This document shows positions 13,220-26,278 of a stretch of 64,000 nt of DNA, in pieces. Under the pieces are notes generated by a model. The model had not been told where the DNA came from and searched no databases. It saw only the letters and a program-made list of their open reading frames with translations. The translations under genes were made by a program, and so were the position numbers. The stretch's first letter is position 1; each line of letters starts with the position of its first letter. Source of the DNA: Macrostomum hystrix (Eukaryota; Animalia; Platyhelminthes); assembly GCA_950097015.1 (NCBI GenBank), contig CATNEN010000003.1, positions 9,486,001 to 9,550,000 on the forward strand, given 5' to 3'.

Positions 13220-13844
13220 CAAATATACCGAACTCGTTAAAGAACTGTGTCATCCTGCGTTCCGACCGGTAAGCGCTGCATTCGTGTCTGTCTTTTCGGA
13301 GTGCCAGGTCCGTACTGTACGAGCTTACTTAGGATTACTGTGTGAGCGTCCTAACGCCACCAGTGCCAACTGCTGAAGCAGAGCGTCCTAACGCTAAAGT
13401 TTTCTTAATGGTACAGTAGGCCGGGGATCCCAAACCGACTGTTCGGTTTCCCCATCCCAAACTGTTCGTGAAGTCGATGCAAGGGCGACAAACAACCCCG
13501 ATGTAGCGGTTTCGAGTTCAGTGATAGACGAGTCAGAGTTGCATATGCAACAGCTCCGTAGATTACGAAGCTAGATCTAGATGTTATTTTGACGTCATTC
13601 GCTATGGAAGTACGCAATGAGGATGGAGAGCAGGGTTGAGCAAGGCCTCTGCCGTCATTACTACCAGTGGACTGTCGATTTCGAAGAACCGAGGAAGAAG
13701 AAAAGAATCGAGATCTGTGGCGAGTTAGACAGCGTCATGGTTAATTTCTGACTCAGCTGTTATTTCAGAACCAATGGTAAAGTCCCTTCCCCCTAGGTAT
13801 AGTTCTACCCTGAATGGATTTACAATATTTTTAGAAAAGCTTTT

Positions 13845-14212
13845 GTTACAGAAGAGTCTGTTGCGTGGCCTTAGTTTTCTTGTAGACCACACTACTATCC
13901 TGGACCACACTGTCATTTGACGAAAACTGAAGGCTAACCGCTTCTAATGTTGGAGACGTTCAGGGCCTCGTTGACCTTATAGATGACGCCTTCAACACAG
14001 GATAATTTACCGGGGTCTCGGAGGTGTTGAGGACTGATGCAATGTTCTCCGGGAGTTGGCAGAGCTGGTGTCCAAATCGTGTCTTCTCCGATATATTGAT
14101 GCATGTTGAGCAATTGGAACTGTCTGTCTAGTACACGAAACCATGCAGACTTCCGGGTTGTTCCTGAAAAATCGAAGATTTGAAGTTGTGAAGTATCACT
14201 ACGCCGAAGTAC
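13845..14212 (-). mobile_element. Dispersed repeat; probable degenerate GIY-YIG endonuclease end of a Penelope-like element
   Basis: Second copy at 37918-38325; broken minus-strand frames give GFVY..NCSTC..YIGE..LEA. Confidence 0.45.
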
Positions 14213-14439
14213 TTTTTAAACAATAGTCTTACGATTTCAAGTGAATTGTTAGTGAATTCCATGGGTTTAAGAACATGCAAATAAACAGCATAGATTTTCA
14301 GATGCGCCCTCATAGTTGTTGTCGTCTACTGCTTCTGCATACATTGCCCTTCACAAATTACTCTCTTCGATGCGCATTCTACGAGTACAGATAACTTAAA
14401 AGCGCTTGAAGCCATGCATTAATCTGATAGCACGACAAA

Positions 14440-14700
14440 TGCCTGCACACAATCGCCTGCGCGACAACTGCCTGCACGACAGCTGACTGCGGCGACAATT
14501 TACTACAGTTACAACTGACCTCACGATAACTGACAGCACGACAACTGACTGCGGCGACAACTGACTGCGGCGACAACTGACTGCACGACAACTGACTGCA
14601 CGACAACTGACTGCGGCGACAACTGACAGCACGACAACTGACTGCACAACAACTGACTGCACGACAACTGACTGCGGCGACAACTGACTGCACGAAAAAT
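14440..14700. repeat. 15/16-bp minisatellite (ACTGACTGCACGACA / ACTGACTGCGGCGACA)
   Basis: Directly visible. Confidence 0.9.
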
Positions 14701-14759
14701 GCCTGCAGTTGAAGCGCTGATGACATCAATCTTTTAACATTTCATGCTACAGAACTTTA

Positions 14760-15720
14760 GACGAAGTGTGGATATCCCATATTGCTTCTTAGAAAATCAT
14801 CTGGGTTTCGAGCGGTTAAACTCAAACAACTTATACAATTTTGCACAGCCATGATAGAAGACATTGTGCAATATGACTCAGAGGCCTAGGGAGCCTTTTT
14901 GTCTTGGAACTATGGACCATGGGACAGAAGTCTATTTGAAGGAATACATTTTCGGAATGGTAAAGCCATTGTCCAGGTAAGCCAAAACATTGACAGCAAT
15001 GGCTCCTGTTCAGAACTGAGTCGGCTCCTTCTTCTTTGTAGGAAAACAACTTATTTATACAACATACAAAAATATGTATTCAGTACTGGGCTTCACTCTC
15101 TAATCGACAAGACTCTATTATCTCGAAAGTAGTAACTGATTAAACTAACACTGGCTGCGGTATCAAGGCAAAAATTAACAGCAACGAGATGGAAAACTGT
15201 CTTCTGACCACAAAACAGAATCCGTAAATCGACACAAGGTGAAATTTGAAGCTGAATTCACAAGATTCTTGACACAAAAGCGTAGCTAAATCTGTAAAGC
15301 TGAGTTAATTATTTCTATTATATGTTTAAGAAAGTCTTTACTAAGGAGAAATATTTGCATTTTCTATGCCCCAAATTTCGTTGGATAAGATTGGGAAATC
15401 ACAACTTATCATGTGAAACATTACGGACTGTTAGACCTAGAATTCCTTACGATGATAGGATTTGCACAAAGTGTTGCTCAGAAGTAGAAAACGAAGTCCA
15501 CTTTCTCTTATAGTGTCGCTGGAGTCCATACAGTTCAAGCAGGGAGACATTTTTACAAGAAATTTCTGTGCTAAACTTTAGAAACATAACTGAGATGAAA
15601 AATGCGCATACCTGATGGTACAAGAAAGTATATAGAACGGCAGGAAAACTAGCATTTCCTGCTAGTTTCTTTCTAGTAGCTGCCCTGATGAGATTTAAGC
15701 TTCACTTTGGCATAATGTAT
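14760..15720 (+). mobile_element. Degenerate 3' part of a non-LTR retrotransposon (RTEX/L2-like ORF2 with C-terminal zinc knuckle)
   Basis: RLGNHNLSCET.R...IPYDDRICTKC.SEVENEVHFLL*C; SELSRLLLL is homologous to SELGRLPLL of the LINE at 57960. Confidence 0.75.
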
Positions 15721-16600
15721 AAAATAAAAATATATTACAATACCACAAATAATTGACAATTAAAAAAATTGATTTTATGCGTAAAAACAAAAATTTTTTT
15801 TTCCATTTTTCGCCATGAAAAACTTTTCGTTTTGTGTGTACGTTTTTTTGCTTTCGTTTTTACGTCTTTTCGATTCGGTTGTTAAGTTTCTACAGCTCGC
15901 AGTTGCGATTAAAAATAAAATAAAATTAAAACCAGCACCTCTTTTGAGTGCATGCTGTATTATAATATAATAATAAAGGCATGCTACGGCCAGTATAATA
16001 GTTAATGCGAGTGGATGCGATGCATCAACGGTTGAAAAACGACCTGCCTTTTTGCATGCATTATTGACTTTGGGCAAAGGCCTTGGCTTTTTATTACAGA
16101 GTTAGACACAGTTAGGAATGTTTAAAGTCCTATTTGCTCTTGGCGTAACTCTGCAATGCTTTCGGCAGTACCCAGTGTAAAAAGTCGAGTCCGACGGACT
16201 CAGATTCGTCATAGTCCGCAGTGATAGGTTATGTACGACCATGTCTTATCTGATCGGACCCTGATCGGACCCTGACTTGTAGACTTTGGAAAGACTGCTA
16301 TTGGACTCTCTATTCATGGCTACTATCAGTAGTGTTAATTGCGAAGTTTGCTTGATTTAAATAGAGAATTAAAAATTGTTTTATTTCTTTTTAAGCATTG
16401 CAATGAGTTGTTTTACTTTTTTGTTTTTGAAGTTTATTTGAATATAATTATTACAATAGATTACAATAAATTAATTAGCAATGATAAATGTACCTATAAT
16501 GACAAATTATAATTCTTTATACTAAATGTTTCATTACCCAGCTAGTAGCCATACCGTACATTTTTTCCAGTCAAACATTAAAATAGACAGTTATTAAATA

Positions 16601-18685
16601 TTAATCAGAATCTGAGTCAACGACTGTAGGCCGGCTGCCCCTTTTGCACTGCTTTTTGGCTGATAAATCATCGGCTGTGGCAGCCCGCTTCAATCCTCTG
16701 GTCGCTGTAGCAGCGGCAGCTTCAGCATTATCGGTGGCCCGTGCAGCTTTTGCTTGAATTCGCTTCTGCCTCGCAACCTCTCTTTCCAATGCGTGCTTCA
16801 GGACGTCTTTGATAGCATTCTCAATGCTCTTGTCGCTATGCACAGGTTCCCCGGTTTTAGGGTCCCTTGGAAAGAGGTCCTGAACGGCATCTGAAAAAAA
16901 TAATTATCAAGTTCATGTTGTAATGATCACGCTTGTAGATGTCTACTATCAGTAGCAACAACCGGAAATAAAAAAGAGAAATGAAACTTCAACATAATAT
17001 GCCCGATTTACTGTAAATCAAAAAGTGTGATCCCCGACCCCGAGTGATTCTGGGTGTGGTGAACTGGAAGCAAACGAATAGCTATAAATTCCAACAAGCA
17101 CTCACGAATAAACAACTTTCTGACTCTCTTGAATCCCAGCTGCTCATAGTCGATGATGCCGCACTCTGGAAATTCCTCTTGGCAGCGCGGAATACAGCCT
17201 TTGCCGCTCCAATTGACCAGACACAGCATCCTCGGCGACAAACACTTGTCCATCATTCGACGGATCGTTTCCGGCAGGGTGCTGCACCGGCAACCACGCA
17301 GGCCTGCGATCTGAGTTGTGACATAAAAATTATCCGGTGAATTGTGAAAACTTTCAATTTTCAATTTTCAAAAACAAATCCTCAAAAAGTGTCACGCTCT
17401 ACTTTAAGTAGAAATACATAATCACTTATTTCATTTCCACACTACACATTCGGTTATCTTTATCCACAAAGATGACAAAATAAAAAATGAGCTGTCTTCT
17501 TTTTAAGTGATTGTGATTCTCTTCCTATCAGTGTTTCGGATATACTTACAAGGCTGGACTGAAGCTGCGTTGATGAGAGAAAGTCAATATACTTCTCCCA
17601 GGAGTCGATGGGCTCAAAGTATTGGCGACTGCCGCGGGCTGGTCCTGATGTTCCGGAGCCGAGACGTGCGTCCGCGAGGGAAGAAGCGATGCCCTCCAGA
17701 ATCGGCAGCACTTTTTGCTCCAGCTGCTTAATTCTTCGGACAGCGTCGCAGCTTCGGCGTGCGCTCAGCATGGCTAGTATGGCGACTCCGTTCAGCGATT
17801 CGGCCGTTGTTCCTTCTGCTGCGAGATACTGCCTGATGTTGTGCATCGCTGCTGGATTTAGTTGGTCGATCCCAGCGTCAGAATCTGGGTCATCGGCGAC
17901 ATACCGCCGAACTGTTGTCGGCGGCGTAGCTGGCACCGACATCGACGTCGCCGCTACGCTGTCCCGCCAAACTGTTGTCGGCGGCGTGGCTGGCACCGAC
18001 ATCGACGTCGCCGCGACGCTGTCCCGCCGAACTGTTGTCGGCGGCGTGGCTGGCACCGACATCAACGGTGGCGTACGTGTGTTCAGCGGGTGCCGTTGAG
18101 AAGGCAGAAGGGCGTGATTGAAGGCAGGCAGCTCTGGTTGAGCAGCAAGAGCTGCAACGTCCCCTTCCTGGCTTTCCCTCATCCGGTTTTCGCTCTGCGC
18201 CTCATTCTCTTCGTCGGATGTTCTAATGTCCTTTGGTATGAGAGTGGGTGAAAGAAGCTGAGAAGTGCGAGTGAATGACGGTTAGAGAAAATTTATAATT
18301 AAATTTGAAATTGAATAAAAATATTTTCACTTACCCTCATGTTCGTGAATCGGTTCCGCCGGCTGACATTCACCCTGGGAATGGCGCACAGAATCCCTTC
18401 GAGACTCTTTCTTTTAATGCTGATCAAATCCCGAATAAATTTTATAGTCGGGTCTGTTTCCGTGTTCTCATCAAGTACAATTTGAACTATGCACGCGTCA
18501 AACCATTCATTGCCGAAGTCGGCCCTTACTCTAATTGGATTTTTATAAAAGCGATTTTCTGCGCCTAACTTCTCCCAGTCCTCCACAGTATACTCTTGGT
18601 ACTCACCAAGAGCTACCTCACTGAACATGAGCTCAATGAACTGCTTGTCGGTCTCAAAATAAACAATGAATCGGACAGATTCCAT
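16601..18685 (-). CDS. Transposon accessory protein A with C-terminal DUF4806-like domain (4 exons)
   Basis: Exons ~18685-18335, 18258-17550, 17310-17100, 16890-16601; motifs ETIRRMMDKCL...NWSGKG...IENAIKDVLKHA..R; coiled coil RRIKQLEQKV. Confidence 0.75.
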
Positions 18686-18995
18686 TGCTGTCTGTCAAAT
18701 CTAGATGGGAATCGGAACTGGAAAAAAGACTGGATTGACTGTCTTCTATGCAGGTTGGCATGAGAATATAGCTATAGTTGTGGGAAAGGGATGCAGGAAA
18801 ATCAAATTCCTCATCCAATCAGCGCAGCTATAGCTGTATTGACCAACCCTCACCCATTACTCGACCTCCTCCCCATTCTTCCCTCCCCCTTCCCACTCGG
18901 GCCTCGATCCTAAATCAAGCTTCAAAAAATGAAAAATGAAAAATATTAAAAATCATTCGAAATAAAAAAAATTGAGCTGTATTTGCAAAACAAAT

Positions 18996-19624
18996 ATGCC
19001 GAAGGAAAAAAAAACCGAGGACGACACGAATCCAAGCAGACAATTTCAAAACTTCCTATCTGAAAGCCGGAAGTCTGCACTACCCATTGAAAATCTACAT
19101 GCCGATGCAAATATTTTCCCAGCTTGCGCTGAAACCGACCTTGCAGATCGCGATTTCGAATTCGACTCAGGATTCCTCGCACAGTGCATGAATGCTTTGG
19201 TTCTTCCGAGCGAATACGAAGATGACGAAGCCAGAGTAGCTTCTGATGATGAAGATAGTGAAGACGAGGCAGCGAAGCCCAGCATGGACACTCTAGACGA
19301 CGAGCTGCTCGTCCTTTTCTTGCTGCACAACCTGTCTCACAGGGCCATGCAGTTCCTCTTAAATGCACTTCACAGTCGTGGATTGCCTGTTTCCAAATCC
19401 CTTTACTTATTAACAACGAAGGATGGGAAAAAGAAAGTCCTTAAATACCCAATGGGGACAGGCGACTTTGCATACTTAGGTATTGCCTCGAATATCGGCT
19501 ACCTCCTGAGCAAAAATCTACTGAGATTGGGCCAAGCATCTACTCTTCCGAACGGTTCTAAAGGGTTCGAAGTCGACATCAAAATTGGCATTGACGGGAT
19601 GCCAGTTTACAGGGCATCGAACTA
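18996..19624 (+). pseudogene. Truncated CMC/EnSpm transposase A (N-terminal ~210 aa)
   Basis: Closely similar to 23919 ORF (AKPSMDTLDDELLVLFL...IGIDGMPVYRASN); homology stops where a SINE-like sequence begins. Confidence 0.85.
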
Positions 19625-19627
19625 TGA

Positions 19628-19765
19628 TGAGGCGCTTGTATGCAACTTGAGCATATTAGGGCTAAACCTCATAAGGTAGGTAGAGTGTGCGCTGGCTGCA
19701 TGACAATAAAATCTCAGGGCAGATGCTCACACCTGTGTGAGTGCGTACATCTGCAAGCGTTGGCT
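19628..19765 (+). mobile_element. Fragment of tRNA-derived SINE family
   Basis: GCTTGTATGCAA...CAGGGCAGATG..CACCTGTGTGAGTGCGTA resembles 46165-46310. Confidence 0.55.
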
Positions 19766-21575
19766 CAAGGACACTATGTATTAAATTGTGCACGCCAATT
19801 GTTGTCTGCTGCTTTTTCGTCATTTAAAGCTACAAAAATAGATACGGGTAAATATTTATGAGTGGAAAGATTACTTTTGAACACTTAGCAGCTAGTAAAA
19901 ATGGATAATGATAAATTGAAAATTTGTATCTATAAGCATATGTCGATTTACACTCGCATGAGCAGCGAAAGAGGCACGCTTACGGGACCAACTACCGATT
20001 CAAACAAAAACGATGGTCTCAGGGCAGTGGCATTCATAATCTGACAATGAAAACTTGTCTATAAAGTTCTATAACCCAGGTATTTCTCTGTTCTTCTTTT
20101 GCATCACTGAATATAGGACTTTGTTAAAATAAAATGAATTTTCTAAACTTCGACTCGAAACTTTAAGCATTTTCTATTTTGTTAGAGGACTTCTGCTATC
20201 GCTGTTCGCAATGTCGCACAGTTACTGCTAGTATATCTTATTCTCTCAGTGATATTTTTGGACTGCACATTTTATAAGTTTTTATTATTATCATAAAAAA
20301 TGGAAACTTAGGAGTTTAGACGCGATTTATACGGTTAGTTTTTTCTCATATTTGTTGCGCTCGCCGCGAAAGACAAAAGACGAAAATTACAGCAGCTCAT
20401 TGCTTCAGCTCGCTCTGTACGTTTAATGAACAGTCAAGCATGACGAGAAATTTGTTACTAATTTTTATGACTATGGAAGAGGGTCTGCCTAACGCTGAGA
20501 TGCGAACACCAAGGTAAGTAAGTGATTGAGATTGCAACTTACATTAGGCTAGAACTTCTTTTGACACTGCTATTAACTAAAACGAGAGGGAGAGACTGCA
20601 GGCACAATTACGCCCTGCAAGAAAAAAAATACGGATGTTTTCGAATTAAAAAAATTGAAACACAATTTTCTAACGCAGGGGGTAATACAAGCTCAAGCTG
20701 ATCACGGTTTCTGATTAGGAAACAAGCAGGAGTGAAGCAAAATTTAACTTCCCATGGCCAACGGTCTTGAGAGATGCCGAACTGATTTGGATTATATTAA
20801 CCCGGTGTAAAAAAACGAATCCGGCGGACACTGATTCGTCAGGCTCCATCTGATATGGTTAGGTATAAAGTGATCTGAGTCCGCCGGATTCAGATTTCAT
20901 GCCCACAGCGGATCTGAATAGGACTGTCATTTTAATGCTTATTATTTTACTACTATAAGTAAGCAGTTGAGCTTTTAAGCATTAAATCTTTTGAATCTTC
21001 GAATCGTATTTTGATTTGACTGTGTTATATTTTCAAAATGATGATAAAACACATGGAAATTGCGGTTGCACGCATCATGAATAATATAGAGCATAAGCTC
21101 ATTTTTATTGGTACGAGAACGAGTATATAATTGTAATATGGAACTTTACGAATTACAATTCGCAATTTGAATTACACTTCACGTGTAGTGGCGGATCCAG
21201 GATTTTAAAAGTCCATGTAGGGTGTAGTGGAGGACATGTGAGTACAGAAGCTAGAAGCAAAGTAATTTGCGTGTATGTACTGCATGTATGCACAAGACAA
21301 GATCTTGAGAATATAATACTCTTACAGTGCTTGCATATAATTTAGAACATGGAGCAGCGCAAATGAAACTAATTTTAATGGGTGTGGAATTAAAAAAGTC
21401 GCTTAACTTGAATGTGATGCCAGTGAAAACCCGTAACAACAGCTAGAGTTCGTGCAATTCTTTTACGCAGTTCATTAATTTAATGCATTGAGCCTCAGAG
21501 GAGTCTAAACCCCAAATGGAGTCTAAACCCTAAAGCCTTCAAACCCCTTTCGATTCCCCAAGAAGCAATTGTTGT

Positions 21576-23645
21576 TTAGTAAGCGTCCATATCTGACTCG
21601 TAGATCTCGCTGTCGAACTCATCGTCACTGAGAATGTGTGGTCTCTTGCCGCTGCGCTCATTTCTCGCCGCTGCACTGTGACTACTCGCTGCCACAATTG
21701 CGCCGACAGTTTTGCGGCGGGCCTTGGGCACTCGAGGAGTGGCGGAGGCCTCAGAACTGGAGGTGGCTGCAGACGCTGCGGCTAATTCAGTCGCCACCTT
21801 TAGCCGCTTCTGCTTGGCTTCATGCCGCTCGCTAGCATGCCTGAGGACGGCAATTATTGCCACCTCAACCTGCTTTTCCGAGTACACGACCTTCCTCGTG
21901 ACAGGATCTGGCGGGAACATGTCGTCCACAGCATCTGAGAATGAATTAGAAAGAGAGTTAAACTTAAATTTGGTGTGGAATATTCAAATATTCAATTTCA
22001 TACTGTCTACTATGAGTAAAACGCCAAGTAGAATAGCAGATGTTTCCCACCGACTTCATTTTCATTCTTTATTTTTGCCTTTTCGTCTGTAATACGCTTG
22101 TTTTCCAAAATTCCATTTCATTTTTTTGCATTTGAGTAAGAAAGGTCAGAACGAGAATGGATCTGGACAATATATGAAAGAGTAGAATGCCCATAGTCTC
22201 TTACCTATGAAAACCTGTTTGGCATTCTCAAAGGCAAGTTGGTGCTCTATCAGCATGCAGTCCAGTACTTCCGTCCGGCATTTTTCGAGCATGCCTCGGC
22301 CACTCCAGTTCACAACGACCTGCATTCGTGGAGCCAGGCACTTGTTCATCATCCGGCGGACTGTTTCCGACAGTGTAGCGCACCGGCAACCCAACAGATG
22401 AGGCTCCTGAGATTTTTTTCTCAAAATTAGATGTCTTCAAATCAAAAATATATATAAAAATGAACATAGCACTGCTTACAAGGCTAGACTGCAACTGCCT
22501 TGATGAGATGAACTTGATGTACTCCGCCCAGGAGTCTATTGCCTCGAACTGCGGACGGTGTTGCTGAGGGTTGGAGCGACCAGCAAACGAAGCTGCGATG
22601 CCTTCTAGGAGTGGCAGCACCCGATCCTCTAGCTGCTTGATGCGACGAACTGCGTCGCAACTGCGGCGAGCAGCCAGCATGGTTAGATGCGCCACCCCAC
22701 TTGCCGACTCTGCCTCTATTCCGACACTGGACAGGTACTGACGAATGTGAAGCACTGCAGCTGGATGGAGCCTGTCGATGCCGCAGTCTCCATCGAAGCC
22801 GTCACCATCGACGCTACCTGATGTGTACGTAAGCTTCGGAGTCACTGAAGCAGCGTAAGGTGTCTGCGTAGGCGCTGTTGTGGGCGTCAGCTTACGCGGT
22901 ACCGACGGCGTCACCACCATAGATCTTGGCGTCCCCACCTCATTTGTTGCACCAAGCCTTGCTGGTAGCAGCGCGGTGTTGATCGCTGGAAGAGCCACTA
23001 GTTCCGCATTGAGCGACGTTGAGGCGGTTGAGCGCCTCGGCTTCTGAGGCCGCCGGTCGGTGTTGTTGCCTCCTTCGTCGCCTGACGTGACGACGGACTG
23101 CATGGGTTGGAGTTGTATGCTTTATTATTACAATTAGTACAGTAATAAAATTATAAATATTCATGCGTTCTACTGCCCTTTAGTAATTTTTATATGCGCC
23201 TTTTTTATTTACAAATGTTTAATGATTTTGAGTTTCTTAACTGAATAATTGTCAAACAATTTCGTTCACAAAGGTGACATTAACTTACCTTCATACTGGC
23301 GAAGCGATTCCTTCCACCCTTGTTCACACGTGGAACCAACCGAAGAATGCTTTCCACGCTTTTCTTCTTTTGCACGATTAGCTCTCTAATGAATTTAATC
23401 GTGGGGTCTGTGTCCGTTTCAGCATCCAGGACAACTTGCAAAATGACTGCGGAATACCAGTCGTCCTCATACTCAGCTCGGATTAGTATTTTCTCCTCAC
23501 TATATCGGTTCTCTTCTACGTTTCCAAACTGCTCCCAGTCGTCTCTCGTGAATTCTTGAAACTCTCCGAGAGAGACGCTGTTGCCAGATAGCTCCAGTAC
23601 TTGCTTGTCCTCTACGAAGAACACCAGGAACCGGATGCCTTCCAT
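21576..23645 (-). CDS. Transposon accessory protein B with C-terminal DUF4806-like domain (4 exons)
   Basis: Exons ~23645-23289, 23101-22480, 22407-22206, 21934-21576; ETVRRMMNKCL...NWSGRG...VEVAIIAVLRHASER; same intron positions as copy A. Confidence 0.8.
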
Positions 23646-23918
23646 TGAGTCTTGAGATTGACACAGTCAGAGTAATTGAATTGGAATGATTTGGAAGTTG
23701 GGATTTTGGTGCCTGTCGAGACGTGTTTTTGTATATATGTTCAGTTACCTTAGCCCAGCGGGTTTCCCGCAGCCAATAGAATTTCTTCCTCCCCCCCGCG
23801 GCCTGCCTCCTCCCGGCTCCCCGATCCCTTCCCTCCCGCATTCCGAGAAATGTTTAAAAATTGTTAATTGTTAATCACTAATTTGTGATTTTTCTTCCAT
23901 TAATGAGCTTCTGAAAAC

Positions 23919-26278
23919 ATGCCTAAACGAAGGAAAACCGAAACTGATTCAAATTCAAGCAGACAGTTTAGAAATTTGTTCTCGGAAAGCCTTCTCCAAA
24001 AATCAGAACACGAAGTGGAGTGTCGAGTACGATTTTCATCCTCAACTGTGCAGTGCGAATTTGACTTGCAATGCTTCGCGCAAAGCTTAGAGAACCTTGA
24101 ACTACTTGGTCCTGACATTGAAGACGATGCAGTTGCTGACGGCGAGAGTGAAGAAGACAATGAAGCGAAGCCAAGTATGGAGACGCTTGACGAGGAGTTG
24201 CTCGTTCTGTTCTTACGTTACAACTTGTCCCATCGAGCTATGCAGTTTCTCTTAAATGCGCTATACAGCCGCGGATTGCCTGTCTCTAAGACTCTGTACT
24301 TGCTAACAATAAAGGACGGACGAAAAAGAGTGCCGAAGTACTCGATGGGCACCGGACAATTCGCATATTTGGGCATTGCATCAAACATAGCCTATCTACT
24401 GCAAAATGGTTTGCTGAACCTTGGCGAACCTACTAGCCTTTGCGGTGGAGAGCTAGGTAAGCTAAACTGCACTATGCCTTCCACTCTATGAATTTTAGAT
24501 TTTCACCTACGCGTATGAACCACTATCCCATCACGTGCATCTCAACCTTTCACTCTCAGGCTACGAGTTGGATATTAAGATCGGCATTGACGGAATGCCC
24601 ATCTACAACTCCTCAAATTTCAGCGCCTGGCCTATCCTGGCATCTATCTCAGGATTTGATCGGCCGGTCCCCGTAGCGCTGTACACCGGACTGGGAAAAC
24701 CGCCGCTGGATGAGTACCTAGCCGATTTTTGCAAGGTACGTTTTTGAGGTAGTCAATAGTATCGTCATCTTCCTTCATCTCCATATCCATTTCTTCCTCT
24801 CCATTTCTGTCCCACCCTCTCTCCTTCTATCCCTTCATTCTCTTAATATACATGACTCAATCCCTACTTCTATTTTCGCTAGGAAGCTGCGGAACTAATG
24901 TCCAACTTCAAGCTGATTGAGGGAGTGCCAGTGAAAATCCGCCATATGGATTTCGTGTGCGATGCGCCAGCGCGATCATTCATCGCCAAGACACTGGGAC
25001 ACAACTCTCACAACGGCTGCTTTTACTGCAGGGCAGTGGCGCAGACCATTGAGAGGAGGGTCGTGTACCCGACCGAAGAGGGAGAGCCGCGTACAGCAGA
25101 GGCTTATCGCGATGGAGGGTGAGAAAATACATTAGTAATCACATTCTTGTCTGATAATCTCATGTCTGATGATAATCTCATGTCTGAAAATCTCATGTCT
25201 AATCATCTCATATCTGATTATATCTCATGTCTGATAGTCTCTTTATCTCAAAGTCTCATTTCTGAAAATGTCATGTCTGATAACTTCACTCTGATAATTA
25301 TTCTTACCCCACAGAGAGTCAAATCAGCGAGCTGGACCCAGTCCGCTGATGCTACTTAAGGGACTCGACTTCCCCAAGTGCATCCCGCCGGACTTCATGC
25401 ACCTGGTCTGCCTCGGAACGGTGCGAAAGTTGTTCCATTTCCTCTTTGCCACCGACGATGGCCGCCACTGCAAAATCCGGCCTGCTGAAATCACGGCTCT
25501 GTCTGACGATATCACCAAGTGCGCCCCTTACACTCCGTCTAACTTCCAGCGGCGCCCTCGGCGAATTGACCAGGAGTTGGCCCACTTTAAGGCGTCAGAG
25601 CTGAAAAACTTTCTGCTCTACTTCGGACCCTATCTATTTCGCCAATATCTTCCCGAGAGGCTTTTCCACCATTTTCTGCTTCTACACTTCTCCATCTATG
25701 TTCTAATGTCATCGGACCTGTGCGAGAATCCGGAAATTTTTTCCTACGCCCAGGCCTGCCTCAGGAAGTTTGTTCGAGAAGCGCACGTGCTATACGGAGA
25801 CTCCATCATGAGCCATAACACACACGTGCTACTGCATCTGCCCCAATTCGTGCAGCAATTCGGGCCTCTGAGCAATTTCTCCGCCTTTCCGTTTGAGAAT
25901 TATTTGTCGCACCTCAAAGGGCGTCTCAGGGTGACCCGATTTGCGACTTCGCACTTGTTGACGCAGATGCTCAATGTCCGTGAATTGCTCACCAAGAGCC
26001 CCACTTCGACACTTCGGTACAGCTGTAAAGCACCCGACAACTGCTGCTTCATTGGAGACAATGTAGTGCGCATCACCAGTGTCTACGATGGCAAGGTGAC
26101 TGGCGTTGTTCTGTCGTTGCTGGACAACCTTTACGTCTATCCCTACCCATCGTCGCTTCTCCGAATGGGCTTCTATTCTGAGTCACGTCGCACAATGTCC
26201 GGAACGCCAACGAAGAAATGCATTCTTCTTCCGCACTCGAGTTGTCATCTTGTTGTGCCGCTTACAAGCTCTGATTAA
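23919..26278 (+). CDS. CMC/EnSpm (CACTA-like) DDE transposase, 4 exons, ~637 aa
   Basis: Exons 23919-24456, 24560-24735, 24883-25118, 25315-26278 splice in frame; motifs IDGMPIYNSS..AWPIL, CDAPARSF, GHNSHNGCFYC, DFMHLVCLG, FKASE, HNTHVLLHL, GPLSNFSAFPFENYL. Confidence 0.92.

Larger units (their letters stand above)
16171..19625. mobile_element. CMC/EnSpm-type DNA transposon copy A: left TIR, DUF4806-like gene, 5' part of transposase; truncated
   Basis: Left end CCCAGTGTAAAAAGTCGAGTCCGACGGAC is the inverted match of 29797-29825; subterminal TGATCGGACCC repeats; genes homologous to copy B. Confidence 0.85.

Noticed and set aside
13220-13420. Functional SL RNA gene
   Set aside because: No GT donor after the ATG and no convincing Sm site at a plausible distance
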